The position numbers and the translations under genes were made by a program. From NCBI GenBank assembly GCA_964276095.1, contig CAXYDR010000002.1, positions 23,589-87,588 on the forward strand: a stretch of 64,000 nucleotides of DNA, read 5' to 3'. Of the stretch, positions 34,704 through 44,008 are shown one piece after another. Source of the DNA: an uncultured Flavobacteriaceae bacterium. Its GTDB lineage: Bacteria; Bacteroidota; Bacteroidia; Flavobacteriales; Flavobacteriaceae. The number at the start of each line of letters is the position of its first letter. The stretch's first letter is position 1. A model generated the notes under the pieces. That model saw only the letters and a program-made list of their open reading frames with translations. It was not told the origin of the DNA and did no database searches.

Positions 34704-37700
34704 TTATTTATAATTTTTACGTTCTATTAAATAATACACTAACGGAACAACTAGCAATGTTAATACTGTTGATACTATTGTTCCTCCCATTAGCGAAATT
34801 GCCAACCCTTGAAATATTGGATCAAAAAGGATTACAAAAGCCCCAATAACTACCGTTCCTGCTGTTAATAATATAGGTGTTGTTCGTACCGCACCCGCTT
34901 CAATAACTGCCTGCTTTAACGGAATACCTTCGTCTAAACGCAGGTTCACAAAATCTATTAACAACACCGAGTTCCGAACCATAATACCAGCTAAGGCTAT
35001 CATACCTATAAACGATGTTGCGGTAAAAAACGCATCCAATAACCAGTGTCCTAACACAATTCCTATTAGTGATAAAGGTATCGCAACCATCATTACAATA
35101 GGGGCTTTAAAATTTTGAAACCATCCAACGATAAGTATATAAATCATCACAATAACTCCTAAAAAAGCTATTCCTAAATCTTTAAAAACTTCAAGAGTAA
35201 TTTGCCATTCTCCATCCCATTTAACAGTATAGTCTTCTTCAAAATCAGGTTGTTTTATATACAGTTCATCTAAAGTAAAACCCTTTGGGAGTTTAATATT
35301 TTTCAGTTTATCTTCCATTCCAAGTATAGCGTACACAGGGCTTTCTAAAACTCCAGCCATATCTGCCATAACATATACAACTCGTTTTTGATTTTTCCTG
35401 TAGATGTTTTTTGCTCTTATTTTTTCTTTTACTTCTACTAAATCACCAATAGAAATCATATTCCCTCTTGAAGATTTAACTTTAAGTTGCTTAATATCAT
35501 TAACTGTTGATCTTTCTTTTTCATCAAGAGTCAATACCAAATCAATTTGACTAAAAGAATTTTCATCATATAAGTTAGTAGTTGCTCTTTCAGACATCGC
35601 CATATTCATCGTATAAGCAATTTGTTGAGGAGCAATTCCGTACAACATTGCTTTCTCTTTATCTATAACAAAATCGTACTCGGTTTGATCATCTTCAACC
35701 ATCCAATCTATATCAACAACATCATCCGTATTTTTCAGAATATCTTGTACTTGATTAGCAATGTCAATTTGCTTTTCATAATCAGGTCCATAAATTTCTG
35801 CTACAATAGTTGAAAATACTGGTGGCCCTGGTGGTACTTCAACAATTTTCACATTTGCATTATAGTGGCCCGCTATTTTTTGAATATCCGGCCTTAGCAG
35901 TTTAGCGATATCATGACTCTGAGCCTCTCTATCATTCTTATCAATTAAATTCACCTGAATGTCCGCCATATTACTTCCACCACGTAAATCATAATGACGC
36001 ACTAAACCATTAAAGGTTATCGGTGCAGATGTACCAACATAAGATTGGTAATTGACTACCTCAGGTCTTGTAGATAAATACTGTCCTATTTCCTTAGCAA
36101 CAACAGCTGTTCGTTCTAAAGTTGTTCCTTCTGGCATATCAATAACCACCTGAAACTCGTTTTTATTATCAAAAGGCAACATTTTTACTGCTACTGCTTT
36201 TGTAAAAAACATCCCCACAGAACCTATTAAAAGCACAAACGTAATTCCTAAAAATAACCACCTCTTTTTAGGGTTTTCTATTAAAGGTCTTTCAAATTTA
36301 TCATACATTCTGTAAATGAATGTATCCTCCATTTTTTTCTCTTCCGTTTTCTTTCCTTTTTTATCCTTTTCACGAAGAAATAGGAACCCTAAATAAGGGG
36401 TAATAGTTAATGCCACAAATAACGACAACAACATTGCAATAGATGCTCCAATTGGCATTGGTGACATATAAGGCCCCATTAAACCAGAGACAAAAGCCAT
36501 TGGCAACACAGATGCTATAACTGTAAATGTTGCTAAAATTGTTGGATTCCCAACCTCGTTAATAGCATACAAAGCTGCTTGTTTAAAAGGCAAGCGTTTC
36601 ATTTTAAAGTGCCTATGCATGTTTTCGGCTATAATAATAGAATCATCTACTACTATCCCAGTTACAAACACCAAAGCAAATAAAGTAATTCTGTTTAAGG
36701 TGTAATCAAGCATATAATAGCTCAATAACGTTAAAGCAAAAGTTATTGGTACTGATAAGAATACCACTAAACCTCCACGCCAACCCATGGCCAACATTAC
36801 CACAAAAGTCACCGCAAATATAGCTCCTATAAGATGCAATAATAACTCCGAAACTTTCTGAGATGCTGTTTCTCCATAATTTCTTGTTACCTCTACATGT
36901 ACATCATCTGGAATTAAACTCCCCTTTAATCGTTCAACTTTATTCAGAATAACATCTGCGATTTTCATAGCATCTGCTCCTTTACGCTTCCCTATAGAAA
37001 TTGTAACCGCAGAATATTCTGATTTAAACGTTGATGCCTTTTCGCTTGCTTCACCAAAACCTAATGACACATAATTACTAGGTAATTCTGGCCCGTCTAA
37101 AACTGCAGCTATTTGTTTTAAGTATACTGGATGATTTTGATTAACACCAACCACCAGATTTTCTACATCATCAACTGTTTTTAAGAATTTACCCGTACTA
37201 ACTAAAAACTCTGTGTCATTTTTAGTAAAACTTCCAGATCCTAATTGATGATTATTAGCTTTAATCATTTTTGATACAGACAAGAAATCTAGGCCGTTTT
37301 CAGCCATTTTATCCTTATCTACTACAACTCGCATTTGTCGATTTCTTCCGCCAATTACTTTTGTTACAGCAACATCCTTTATTTTTTCTATTTCATTAGT
37401 AAGTTCTTGAGCAATTTGTTTTAATTGATAATCATCATAACTCTCACTCCAAAGTGTTACCCCTAACATAGGTACGTCATCAATCGCACGAGTCTTCACA
37501 AGAGGCATCGTAACACCCTGAGGCATCTGATCCATGTGTTTACTTATTTCATTATAAAGCTTAACAAAGGAACGCTCAATATCCTCACCAACGTAAAACT
37601 GAACGATAACCATTGCTTGTTCATTCATTGCTGTTGCGTATACATACTCTACCCCTTTTATGTTAGAGATAAACTTCTCCAATGGTTTTACTATTCTCGC

Positions 37701-37895
37701 CTCTACTTCTTTAGGGCTTGCCCCTGGGTACCCAATAAAAATATCTGCCATTGGCACATCTATTTGTGGTTCCTCTTCACGAGGGATTAAAAACGAGCTA
37801 TATACCCCAACAATCATAAACACAACCATTAGAAGTACCGTAAGCTTTGAATTCATAAAGCCTTTGGCAATTTTCCCTGCTAAACCTTCTTTCAT
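34704..37895 (-). CDS. RND efflux transporter permease subunit
   Basis: 1063 aa with 12-TM AcrB/CzcA architecture and the TM4 motif GIVVDDSIIIAENM. Confidence 0.95.
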   Translation of the reverse strand: MKEGLAGKIAKGFMNSKLTVLLMVVFMIVGVYSSFLIPREEEPQIDVPMADIFIGYPGASPKEVEARIVKPLEKFISNIKGVEYVYATAMNEQAMVIVQFYVGEDIERSFVKLYNEISKHMDQMPQGVTMPLVKTRAIDDVPMLGVTLWSESYDDYQLKQIAQELTNEIEKIKDVAVTKVIGGRNRQMRVVVDKDKMAENGLDFLSVSKMIKANNHQLGSGSFTKNDTEFLVSTGKFLKTVDDVENLVVGVNQNHPVYLKQIAAVLDGPELPSNYVSLGFGEASEKASTFKSEYSAVTISIGKRKGADAMKIADVILNKVERLKGSLIPDDVHVEVTRNYGETASQKVSELLLHLIGAIFAVTFVVMLAMGWRGGLVVFLSVPITFALTLLSYYMLDYTLNRITLFALVFVTGIVVDDSIIIAENMHRHFKMKRLPFKQAALYAINEVGNPTILATFTVIASVLPMAFVSGLMGPYMSPMPIGASIAMLLSLFVALTITPYLGFLFLREKDKKGKKTEEKKMEDTFIYRMYDKFERPLIENPKKRWLFLGITFVLLIGSVGMFFTKAVAVKMLPFDNKNEFQVVIDMPEGTTLERTAVVAKEIGQYLSTRPEVVNYQSYVGTSAPITFNGLVRHYDLRGGSNMADIQVNLIDKNDREAQSHDIAKLLRPDIQKIAGHYNANVKIVEVPPGPPVFSTIVAEIYGPDYEKQIDIANQVQDILKNTDDVVDIDWMVEDDQTEYDFVIDKEKAMLYGIAPQQIAYTMNMAMSERATTNLYDENSFSQIDLVLTLDEKERSTVNDIKQLKVKSSRGNMISIGDLVEVKEKIRAKNIYRKNQKRVVYVMADMAGVLESPVYAILGMEDKLKNIKLPKGFTLDELYIKQPDFEEDYTVKWDGEWQITLEVFKDLGIAFLGVIVMIYILIVGWFQNFKAPIVMMVAIPLSLIGIVLGHWLLDAFFTATSFIGMIALAGIMVRNSVLLIDFVNLRLDEGIPLKQAVIEAGAVRTTPILLTAGTVVIGAFVILFDPIFQGLAISLMGGTIVSTVLTLLVVPLVYYLIERKNYK

Positions 37896-37912
37896 AAGTT
37901 TATTATTAATGT

Positions 37913-38989
37913 TTATTGAATTGTTATTATTGAACCATTACTCAACTTGCTACTAGCTGAAATAATATACTTCTCATTAGCTGACAAACCTGATAACACT
38001 TCTACTTTATCACCAAAAGTCTTACCTAAACGTAACCAACGCAACAAAGCTTTATTAGTTTGACTTACTGTATAAACTCCCGATAACTGTCCTCTAGTTA
38101 CGATAGCATCAAGAGGAATCAAGACAATGTCTGATTTTTCTTTACTAAGATTTGGAAACTGAACAGTAGCGTACATACCAGACATTATTTTTACATCAGT
38201 TGACTCCAAACTAACTTTTACTAAATATTGTCCTCCAGTATTTTTTGAAGACGTACTTACTTCAACTACTTTCCCTTTTATTTTTTTGTTTAATGATTTT
38301 ACAACCACTTGAACTTCTGAATCTACCTTAATTTTAGAAATATTAGATTCTGAAACCATTGCACGTACTTGAAAATTTTCAGGCGCCTCAACTTCTAATA
38401 AAGGCACTCCTGGATTGGCCATATCTCCAACATTAATAAACTTATTAGTTACTACACCGCTAAAAGGAGCCTTTATATGCGTATAAGAAAACTGAGCATT
38501 AATCTCATTCTTCATCTGTTTAGCACTTTCTAATCTAGCTTTAGCCATATTATAGTGTGCAGTAATATCATCTAATTCTTTTTGGGAAGCACTACTATCA
38601 TTAAACAAAACCGTAAAACGATTAAAATCATTTTCTGCATTTTTATAGGCTACTGTTGCCTCAGATATACCCGAATTTACCTGTGCTCGCTTTGCTATTA
38701 AATCCGCGCTATTTATATTAATAAGTAGCTGACCTTTTTTAATTTTATCTCCAACTTTTACGTGAATTTTATCTACATAACCCATTATTCTTGTGCTTAA
38801 ACTCGCACTATTACCAGCTTCAATTTTCCCGCTGGAAGTTAAAACAGAGTTTGAATCATTTTCAGAAACTTGAGCTATTTTCACTGAAATAGCTGGAGTA
38901 CTATCTTCCTTTATCTGCACATTTTCTTTACAGCTAAAAACTGTAAATAGAGTAAGAAAAATTAGTATTGAGTATATTTTAATTTTCAT
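37913..38989 (-). CDS. RND efflux periplasmic adaptor (MFP) lipoprotein
   Basis: Lipobox LFTVFSC, biotinyl-lipoyl, coiled-coil and beta-barrel segments. The alternative start at 39016 would overlap the tolC stop (ATGGATAA). Confidence 0.9.
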   Translation of the reverse strand: MKIKIYSILIFLTLFTVFSCKENVQIKEDSTPAISVKIAQVSENDSNSVLTSSGKIEAGNSASLSTRIMGYVDKIHVKVGDKIKKGQLLININSADLIAKRAQVNSGISEATVAYKNAENDFNRFTVLFNDSSASQKELDDITAHYNMAKARLESAKQMKNEINAQFSYTHIKAPFSGVVTNKFINVGDMANPGVPLLEVEAPENFQVRAMVSESNISKIKVDSEVQVVVKSLNKKIKGKVVEVSTSSKNTGGQYLVKVSLESTDVKIMSGMYATVQFPNLSKEKSDIVLIPLDAIVTRGQLSGVYTVSQTNKALLRWLRLGKTFGDKVEVLSGLSANEKYIISASSKLSNGSIITIQ

Positions 38990-39008
38990 CTTATTAAGTA
39001 TATTAATC

Positions 39009-40331
39009 TTATCCATTTGTTAAAAATTTTATATATGCTAATGCATAATTATGTTGAAAAACAGCTGTATAGTATTCCAATTGCTTTTTTACATATTGCG
39101 TTTCTGTTATCAATAAATCTGTTGTTCTTTCCAAACCTTGTTTAAATCTGTTAGAACGAATACGAAGTGATTCTTTAGAATGCTCCAAAGCTAAAGTTGT
39201 TAACCTTAAATTGTTCTTAGTATCTTTATACATACGGTATGCCTTTTTAAGATCCAATTGACTTTTATCCTTATATTGTTGATATTGAGTCTTCGATTTT
39301 TCAAACTCAGCTTTACTTTTTTTAGCTTTTCCAAATCGTTTCGTTCCTTCCAAAACATTCCAACGTAATTCTGCTCCGAGGAGATATCCATTAGCATTTC
39401 CTTGAAAAATTTCATCATCATGTAATTCATAACTTCCGAAAGCATTTAACCGAGGAAGAAAGCTCATCTTATCAGCCTTGTACTTTTGCTCATAAGCCTC
39501 TGAAACTTGTTGCATTGCCTTTACATCATTTCTGTTTTCGGAAAGCTTACTTATTGAAATGTTTTCTGTAATTACTGTTAACGAATCTGAAGGTTTCATG
39601 ATATCAAATGAGTTGTCATTCATTAAAAATGACAACTCATTTGACACATTTAAAATATTACTCTTAGCATATTGTAACTGATTATCTATTTCCGTTACTC
39701 GAACATCTACAGACAATACATCAGCTTTTTGCAAATACCCTTGTTTAAAGCTATTGTTTGCCAATCGTTTATTTTCTAAAGCAGTTTCCTTTGCTTTCTC
39801 TAAAACCCCTACAGTTTTATATGCCAACTGTAAGTTCATATAGGCTTTCTCTACATTTAAAACTACATACTCCTTAGTACGGTTTGACTTTAACTTGGTA
39901 GCCATCAACTTTGCATTAGCTGCTTTTCGTTGATATATTCCATCTACATTAATTATTGGTTGATTAATTTCAACCTTTGTAATATAATCTTGAATTTGAG
40001 ATGGGTTATTTAACAAGTCGGGATTAAAATCGGCAGATGTTAAAATTTCTTGATTCAACTTTGACCCAAAAGTCATTAAAGGGTTATTGGTTGTAATTGC
40101 AGCATGAGAAACTGTAATATTTGGCAAAAAAAATGCATTAGTTTGATTATAATCACCTTTAGCAATAGATGCTTCATAATCAGATATTTTTATAGATGCA
40201 TTATTTTTTAATACTTTAGCAAGAACATCTTCTTTAGAAACAAGGGTATTTTCTTGGGCTAAGTTTAGCTGACTAACAGTTAGTAGTAGAAAAAATATTA
40301 TAAAAAATCGTGTATTTTTAAAGCTATACAT
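39009..40331 (-). CDS. TolC-family outer membrane efflux protein
   Basis: Signal peptide plus two OEP repeats with long coiled-coil helices. It is the first gene of the efflux operon. Confidence 0.9.
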   Translation of the reverse strand: MYSFKNTRFFIIFFLLLTVSQLNLAQENTLVSKEDVLAKVLKNNASIKISDYEASIAKGDYNQTNAFFLPNITVSHAAITTNNPLMTFGSKLNQEILTSADFNPDLLNNPSQIQDYITKVEINQPIINVDGIYQRKAANAKLMATKLKSNRTKEYVVLNVEKAYMNLQLAYKTVGVLEKAKETALENKRLANNSFKQGYLQKADVLSVDVRVTEIDNQLQYAKSNILNVSNELSFLMNDNSFDIMKPSDSLTVITENISISKLSENRNDVKAMQQVSEAYEQKYKADKMSFLPRLNAFGSYELHDDEIFQGNANGYLLGAELRWNVLEGTKRFGKAKKSKAEFEKSKTQYQQYKDKSQLDLKKAYRMYKDTKNNLRLTTLALEHSKESLRIRSNRFKQGLERTTDLLITETQYVKKQLEYYTAVFQHNYALAYIKFLTNG

Positions 40332-40354
40332 TTGAATAGTTTTGTGTTACTATA

Positions 40355-40384
40355 CAAAGTTACTTTAAATTTAAGGGACACAAA
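40355..40384 (-). promoter_or_regulatory. efflux operon promoter (-33 TTTG / -7 TAACTTTG)
   Basis: On the minus strand, TTTG (40381-40384), an 18-nt spacer, then TAACTTTG (40355-40362), 23 nt upstream of the tolC ATG. Confidence 0.6.
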
Positions 40385-40399
40385 GTGACCTGAATCACA
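40384..40399 (-). promoter_or_regulatory. CRP-type inverted repeat TGTGA-N6-TCACT
   Basis: The minus strand reads TGTGATTCAGGTCACT. It abuts the -33 TTTG and overlaps the stop codon (40395-40397) of the Crp-family gene. Confidence 0.5.
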
Positions 40400-41030
40400 T
40401 AAGGTTTATCAACTCTATTTTACCTCTCCCTAGTTTTATTTTTCCTTGGTGCTCAATTTTTTTCAGCAACCTAGAAATTACTTCTCTTGAAGAGTTTAAA
40501 TCGATAGCAATATCCTGATGGGTAGTCTTAATAATATTATCCTTTGCTATTTTCTGCTTTTCATTTAGGTAATTAATTAACCTAAAATCAATATTATTAA
40601 ACGCAATTTCATCAATAACTTGAAGCAATTGATCAAACTTATTTTTAAATGTTTTTAAAACAAATCTTTTCCAACTCAAATATTCTGTTGACCATTTATC
40701 TAAAAACTCCAAAGGAATAAACAAAAGGGTAACATCGGTTTCTGCTTCAGCATTTATCTGGCTAACCTCATTTACCATACAACAGTGTAAATTATGAGCG
40801 CAGGTTTCTCCTTTTTTTAAGTAGTATAAAATTACCTCATTATCAAAATCATCTTTCTTGGAAATTTTAATAATCCCCTCTAAAACTAAAGGGATTGAAT
40901 TAATAAATTTCCCAGGACGTAAAAATTCTTCCCCTTTACTAAAAGATTTCACTATACCATGTTTAGCAATTTCTTCAATAAGCTCCTCTTCTTTAAAATC
41001 TGGGAAAATTTCTTTTAATCGTGATTTCAT
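40395..41030 (-). CDS. Crp/Fnr family transcriptional regulator
   Basis: cNMP-binding-like beta-roll plus a C-terminal HTH THQDIAIDLNSSREVISRLLKK, which aligns with E. coli CRP [22 protein letters not shown]. Confidence 0.9.
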   Translation of the reverse strand: MKSRLKEIFPDFKEEELIEEIAKHGIVKSFSKGEEFLRPGKFINSIPLVLEGIIKISKKDDFDNEVILYYLKKGETCAHNLHCCMVNEVSQINAEAETDVTLLFIPLEFLDKWSTEYLSWKRFVLKTFKNKFDQLLQVIDEIAFNNIDFRLINYLNEKQKIAKDNIIKTTHQDIAIDLNSSREVISRLLKKIEHQGKIKLGRGKIELINLM

Positions 41031-41149
41031 TTATATCTTTAATTTACACTTTACTCAATGTTATAGAATAGCTATAACTACATTAAAATTTGTGAAAATT
41101 TTACTTTTATTTTAATCTCTTTTAAATGAATAGTATTACAGCTATCATT

Positions 41150-41198
41150 TCAAAAAATAATTGTCTTATTTGTTTTAAATCAGACAATTATTTTTTTA
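41150..41198 (-). terminator. terminator after argS
   Basis: 10-bp stem ATAATTGTCT / AGACAATTAT (41157-41166 / 41182-41191) with flanking A and T runs. Confidence 0.6.
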
Positions 41199-41216
41199 TT
41201 TTAATATTCAAATTCA

Positions 41217-42992
41217 TTACATTCTTTCAGGAACTGTAATTCCTAATAGCCCAAAAGCAGACTTAATTACATTCCCTACTAAACTAGACAATTGAACTCT
41301 AAATATTTTTTCATCTTCAGTGTCGGCTCCAAAAATAGAAACATTTTGAAAGAATGAATTATATCCTTTTACCAAATCATACGTATAATTTGCTATTACA
41401 GCTGGGCTTTGATTAGCAGCTGCTTGCTGGATTACTTCTGGGTATAACTCAATTAATTTCAGTAACTCTTTTTCTTTTTCATGTAATGGTAATGTTACAT
41501 TTTTAGAATAATCTATTTCGGCTTTCCTTAAAATTGCTTGAATTCTAGCATATGTATATTGGATAAAAGGTCCTGTATTTCCTTGAAAATCTACTGATTC
41601 TTTAGGATCAAACAAAATACGCTTTTTAGGATCTACTTTTAAAATAAAATATTTCAAAGCCCCCATTCCAATAGTAGTATATACTTCTTCTTTTTGAGCA
41701 TCAGTATATCCTTCCAATTTACCTAACTCTTCAGAAATTTCTCTTGAAGTGGTTACCATTTCCGTCATTAGTTCATCTGCATCAACAACGGTACCCTCTC
41801 TACTCTTCATTTTCCCTGAAGGTAAATCAACCATACCGTAACTTAAATGATGTAAGTTTTCAGCCCAAGCATACCCTAATTTCTTTAAAATTAAAAACAA
41901 TACTTTAAAGTGGTAATCTTGCTCATTACCTACCGTATAAATCATACCACCAACGTCAGGGTTATCTTTAATACGCTGGATTGCAGTACCGATATCCTGA
42001 GTCATATATACCGCAGTTCCATCCGAACGCAATACTATTTTCTCATCCAATCCATCCTCAGTTAAATCACACCAAACGGATCCATCTTCTTTTTTAAAGA
42101 AGACACCGCTTTCAAGTCCTTCTGAAATATTATCTTTCCCAAGTAAGTAGGTGTTACTTTCGTAATAATAAGAGTCAAAATCTACTCCAATGTTTTTGTA
42201 CGTTACTTCAAAACCATCGTACACCCACTGGTTCATTTTCTTCCAAAGAGCAATAACGTCTTCATCACCCGCTTCCCATTTGCGAAGCATCTCTTGAGCT
42301 TCTAAAATTAAAGGTGCTTGTTTTTTAGCCTCTTCTTCTGTTTTACCTTCTATAACTAAAGCGGTAATTTCCTTTTTATATTCTTGATCAAACTTTACAT
42401 AGTAATTCCCTACAAGCTTATCTCCTTTTAAACCTGTAGACTCTGGAGTCTCTCCATTTCCAAAACGATCCCAGGCCAACATACTTTTACAAATATGTAT
42501 TCCTCTGTCATTAATTACTTGTGTTTTATACACCTTTTTCCCTGATGCCTTAATAATTTCTGCAACAGAATATCCAAGTAACACATTTCTAACATGCCCT
42601 AAATGCAAAGGTTTGTTCGTGTTTGGAGAAGAATACTCTACCATAACAGCATCGTTATCTACTTTTGACGCAACAAAACCATATTTCTTTTCATTTTTTA
42701 CTGCTTGAAAAAAGTCAAGGTAATGAGCATCAGAAATAACAAGATTCAAAAATCCTTTAACCACATTAAAAGCTTCTACTTCGGTAACATTATCTACTAA
42801 ATACTGCCCTAAAGTTTCACCAATTTGTACTGGGTTTCCTTTAACAATCCTCAGCATAGGAAATACAACTACGGTAATATCTCCTGCAAACTCTTTACGA
42901 GTAGCTTGAAATTCTACTGTTGGTAACTCTGATTTGTAAATAGCTACAAATGCCTCCTTAACTTTTAATGCTAATGTTTCTTGAATTGTCAT
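41217..42992 (-). CDS. argS: arginine--tRNA ligase
   Basis: SSPNTNKPLHLGHVRN HIGH motif, the MKSREG (KMSK-like) motif, and a C-terminal DALR anticodon-binding domain. Confidence 0.97.
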   Translation of the reverse strand: MTIQETLALKVKEAFVAIYKSELPTVEFQATRKEFAGDITVVVFPMLRIVKGNPVQIGETLGQYLVDNVTEVEAFNVVKGFLNLVISDAHYLDFFQAVKNEKKYGFVASKVDNDAVMVEYSSPNTNKPLHLGHVRNVLLGYSVAEIIKASGKKVYKTQVINDRGIHICKSMLAWDRFGNGETPESTGLKGDKLVGNYYVKFDQEYKKEITALVIEGKTEEEAKKQAPLILEAQEMLRKWEAGDEDVIALWKKMNQWVYDGFEVTYKNIGVDFDSYYYESNTYLLGKDNISEGLESGVFFKKEDGSVWCDLTEDGLDEKIVLRSDGTAVYMTQDIGTAIQRIKDNPDVGGMIYTVGNEQDYHFKVLFLILKKLGYAWAENLHHLSYGMVDLPSGKMKSREGTVVDADELMTEMVTTSREISEELGKLEGYTDAQKEEVYTTIGMGALKYFILKVDPKKRILFDPKESVDFQGNTGPFIQYTYARIQAILRKAEIDYSKNVTLPLHEKEKELLKLIELYPEVIQQAAANQSPAVIANYTYDLVKGYNSFFQNVSIFGADTEDEKIFRVQLSSLVGNVIKSAFGLLGITVPERM

Positions 42993-43012
42993 TATCTAAA
43001 TTTTATAAGTTA

Positions 43013-43020
43013 CAAAGATA
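43013..43020 (-). promoter_or_regulatory. candidate -7 box (TATCTTTG) for argS
   Basis: Exact TAnnTTTG match on the minus strand, 20 nt upstream of the ATG at 42992. Confidence 0.45.
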
Positions 43021-43280
43021 ACCTAAGGATGAAATAAATTATATTTTCTTAAAAGAATTATTCATTTAAATAGTACATACTTATTCTATTAATTAAAAAC
43101 GCACATCCTAATAGGTAAAATATTACTTAACCACTAATTACCATATAATAACAACTACACAATGTGGTTTATCGACATTTTTGACCGTTTAAAGAAAAAT
43201 TGTGTTCTTTTTAAATAATTATCATTTAAATAAAGTTTAATTAGTTAAAAATTCTTTTTTTTGCCCAAATTTTTAAATCA

Positions 43281-43907
43281 ATGGAATTATTTTTATACAT
43301 ATTTGGAGCTTTATTCTCTGTAATGAACCCATTAGGAACTGTGCCTATTTTTGTTAGTTTAACAGAAGGTGACACACAAAAAGAAATCAATAAAACATCA
43401 TTACTCACAAGTATTAATGTATTTGTAATTTTAGTTATTTCATTTTTTCTAGGAAACTATGTTTTGGCATTTTTCGGTATAAGCTTAAGTGCTTTAAAAA
43501 TTGCTGGAGGATTAGTAATTGCCTCCTCTGGATTTGCTTTATTAAAAGGAGAATTCAATAAAAACAGGGGAATGAATAAAGCTCGTAAGGAAGCTGCACA
43601 TGAAAGAGAACGAATTTCTCTTACTCCATTAGCCATACCTATGATGGCTGGACCCGGATCAATCTCTTTGCTTATTGGTTTAAACGAAGAATACAATAGC
43701 ACTCCTCAAATTGCAACTACAATATTAGCTGTATTAGTAGTATGTCTAATTTGCTACATCATGATGAGAGGTTCACAACATATTATTAGAGTTCTTGGTC
43801 CGAACGGAATTAATTCTATCTCAAGAATAATAGGTTTTATCGTTATTGCATTAGGAATTGAATACTTGTGGGCGGGTATTTTTTCTTTGATCAAAACTGT
43901 TATGTAA
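43281..43907 (+). CDS. MarC family (UPF0056) membrane protein
   Basis: 208 aa with 6 TM helices and an N-terminal MNPLGTVPIF motif. Confidence 0.85.
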   Translation: MELFLYIFGALFSVMNPLGTVPIFVSLTEGDTQKEINKTSLLTSINVFVILVISFFLGNYVLAFFGISLSALKIAGGLVIASSGFALLKGEFNKNRGMNKARKEAAHERERISLTPLAIPMMAGPGSISLLIGLNEEYNSTPQIATTILAVLVVCLICYIMMRGSQHIIRVLGPNGINSISRIIGFIVIALGIEYLWAGIFSLIKTVM

Positions 43908-43934
43908 ACAATCTCTATTCTGTAAATTAAAAAA

Positions 43935-43965
43935 GCATGAAGAATTTAATTCTTCATGCTTTTTT
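43935..43965. terminator. bidirectional terminator
   Basis: 11-bp stem GCATGAAGAAT / ATTCTTCATGC (43935-43945 / 43949-43959) with flanking A and T runs. Confidence 0.8.
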
Positions 43966-44008
43966 AATTTATTTATAATAACAAGCTCTATTAAAAGCTA
44001 CGGGTATT

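Noticed and set aside
37660-37956. A 98-aa plus-strand ORF bridging the RND and MFP gene junction.
   Set aside because: It is antisense to two well-supported efflux genes and has no motif.
42993-43280. The 288-nt AT-rich divergent argS/marC intergenic region contains an 18-codon ORF (MWFIDIFDRLKKNCVLFK).
   Set aside because: The ORF is too short and has no conservation evidence, promoter box or structure. It was treated as ordinary divergent promoter DNA.
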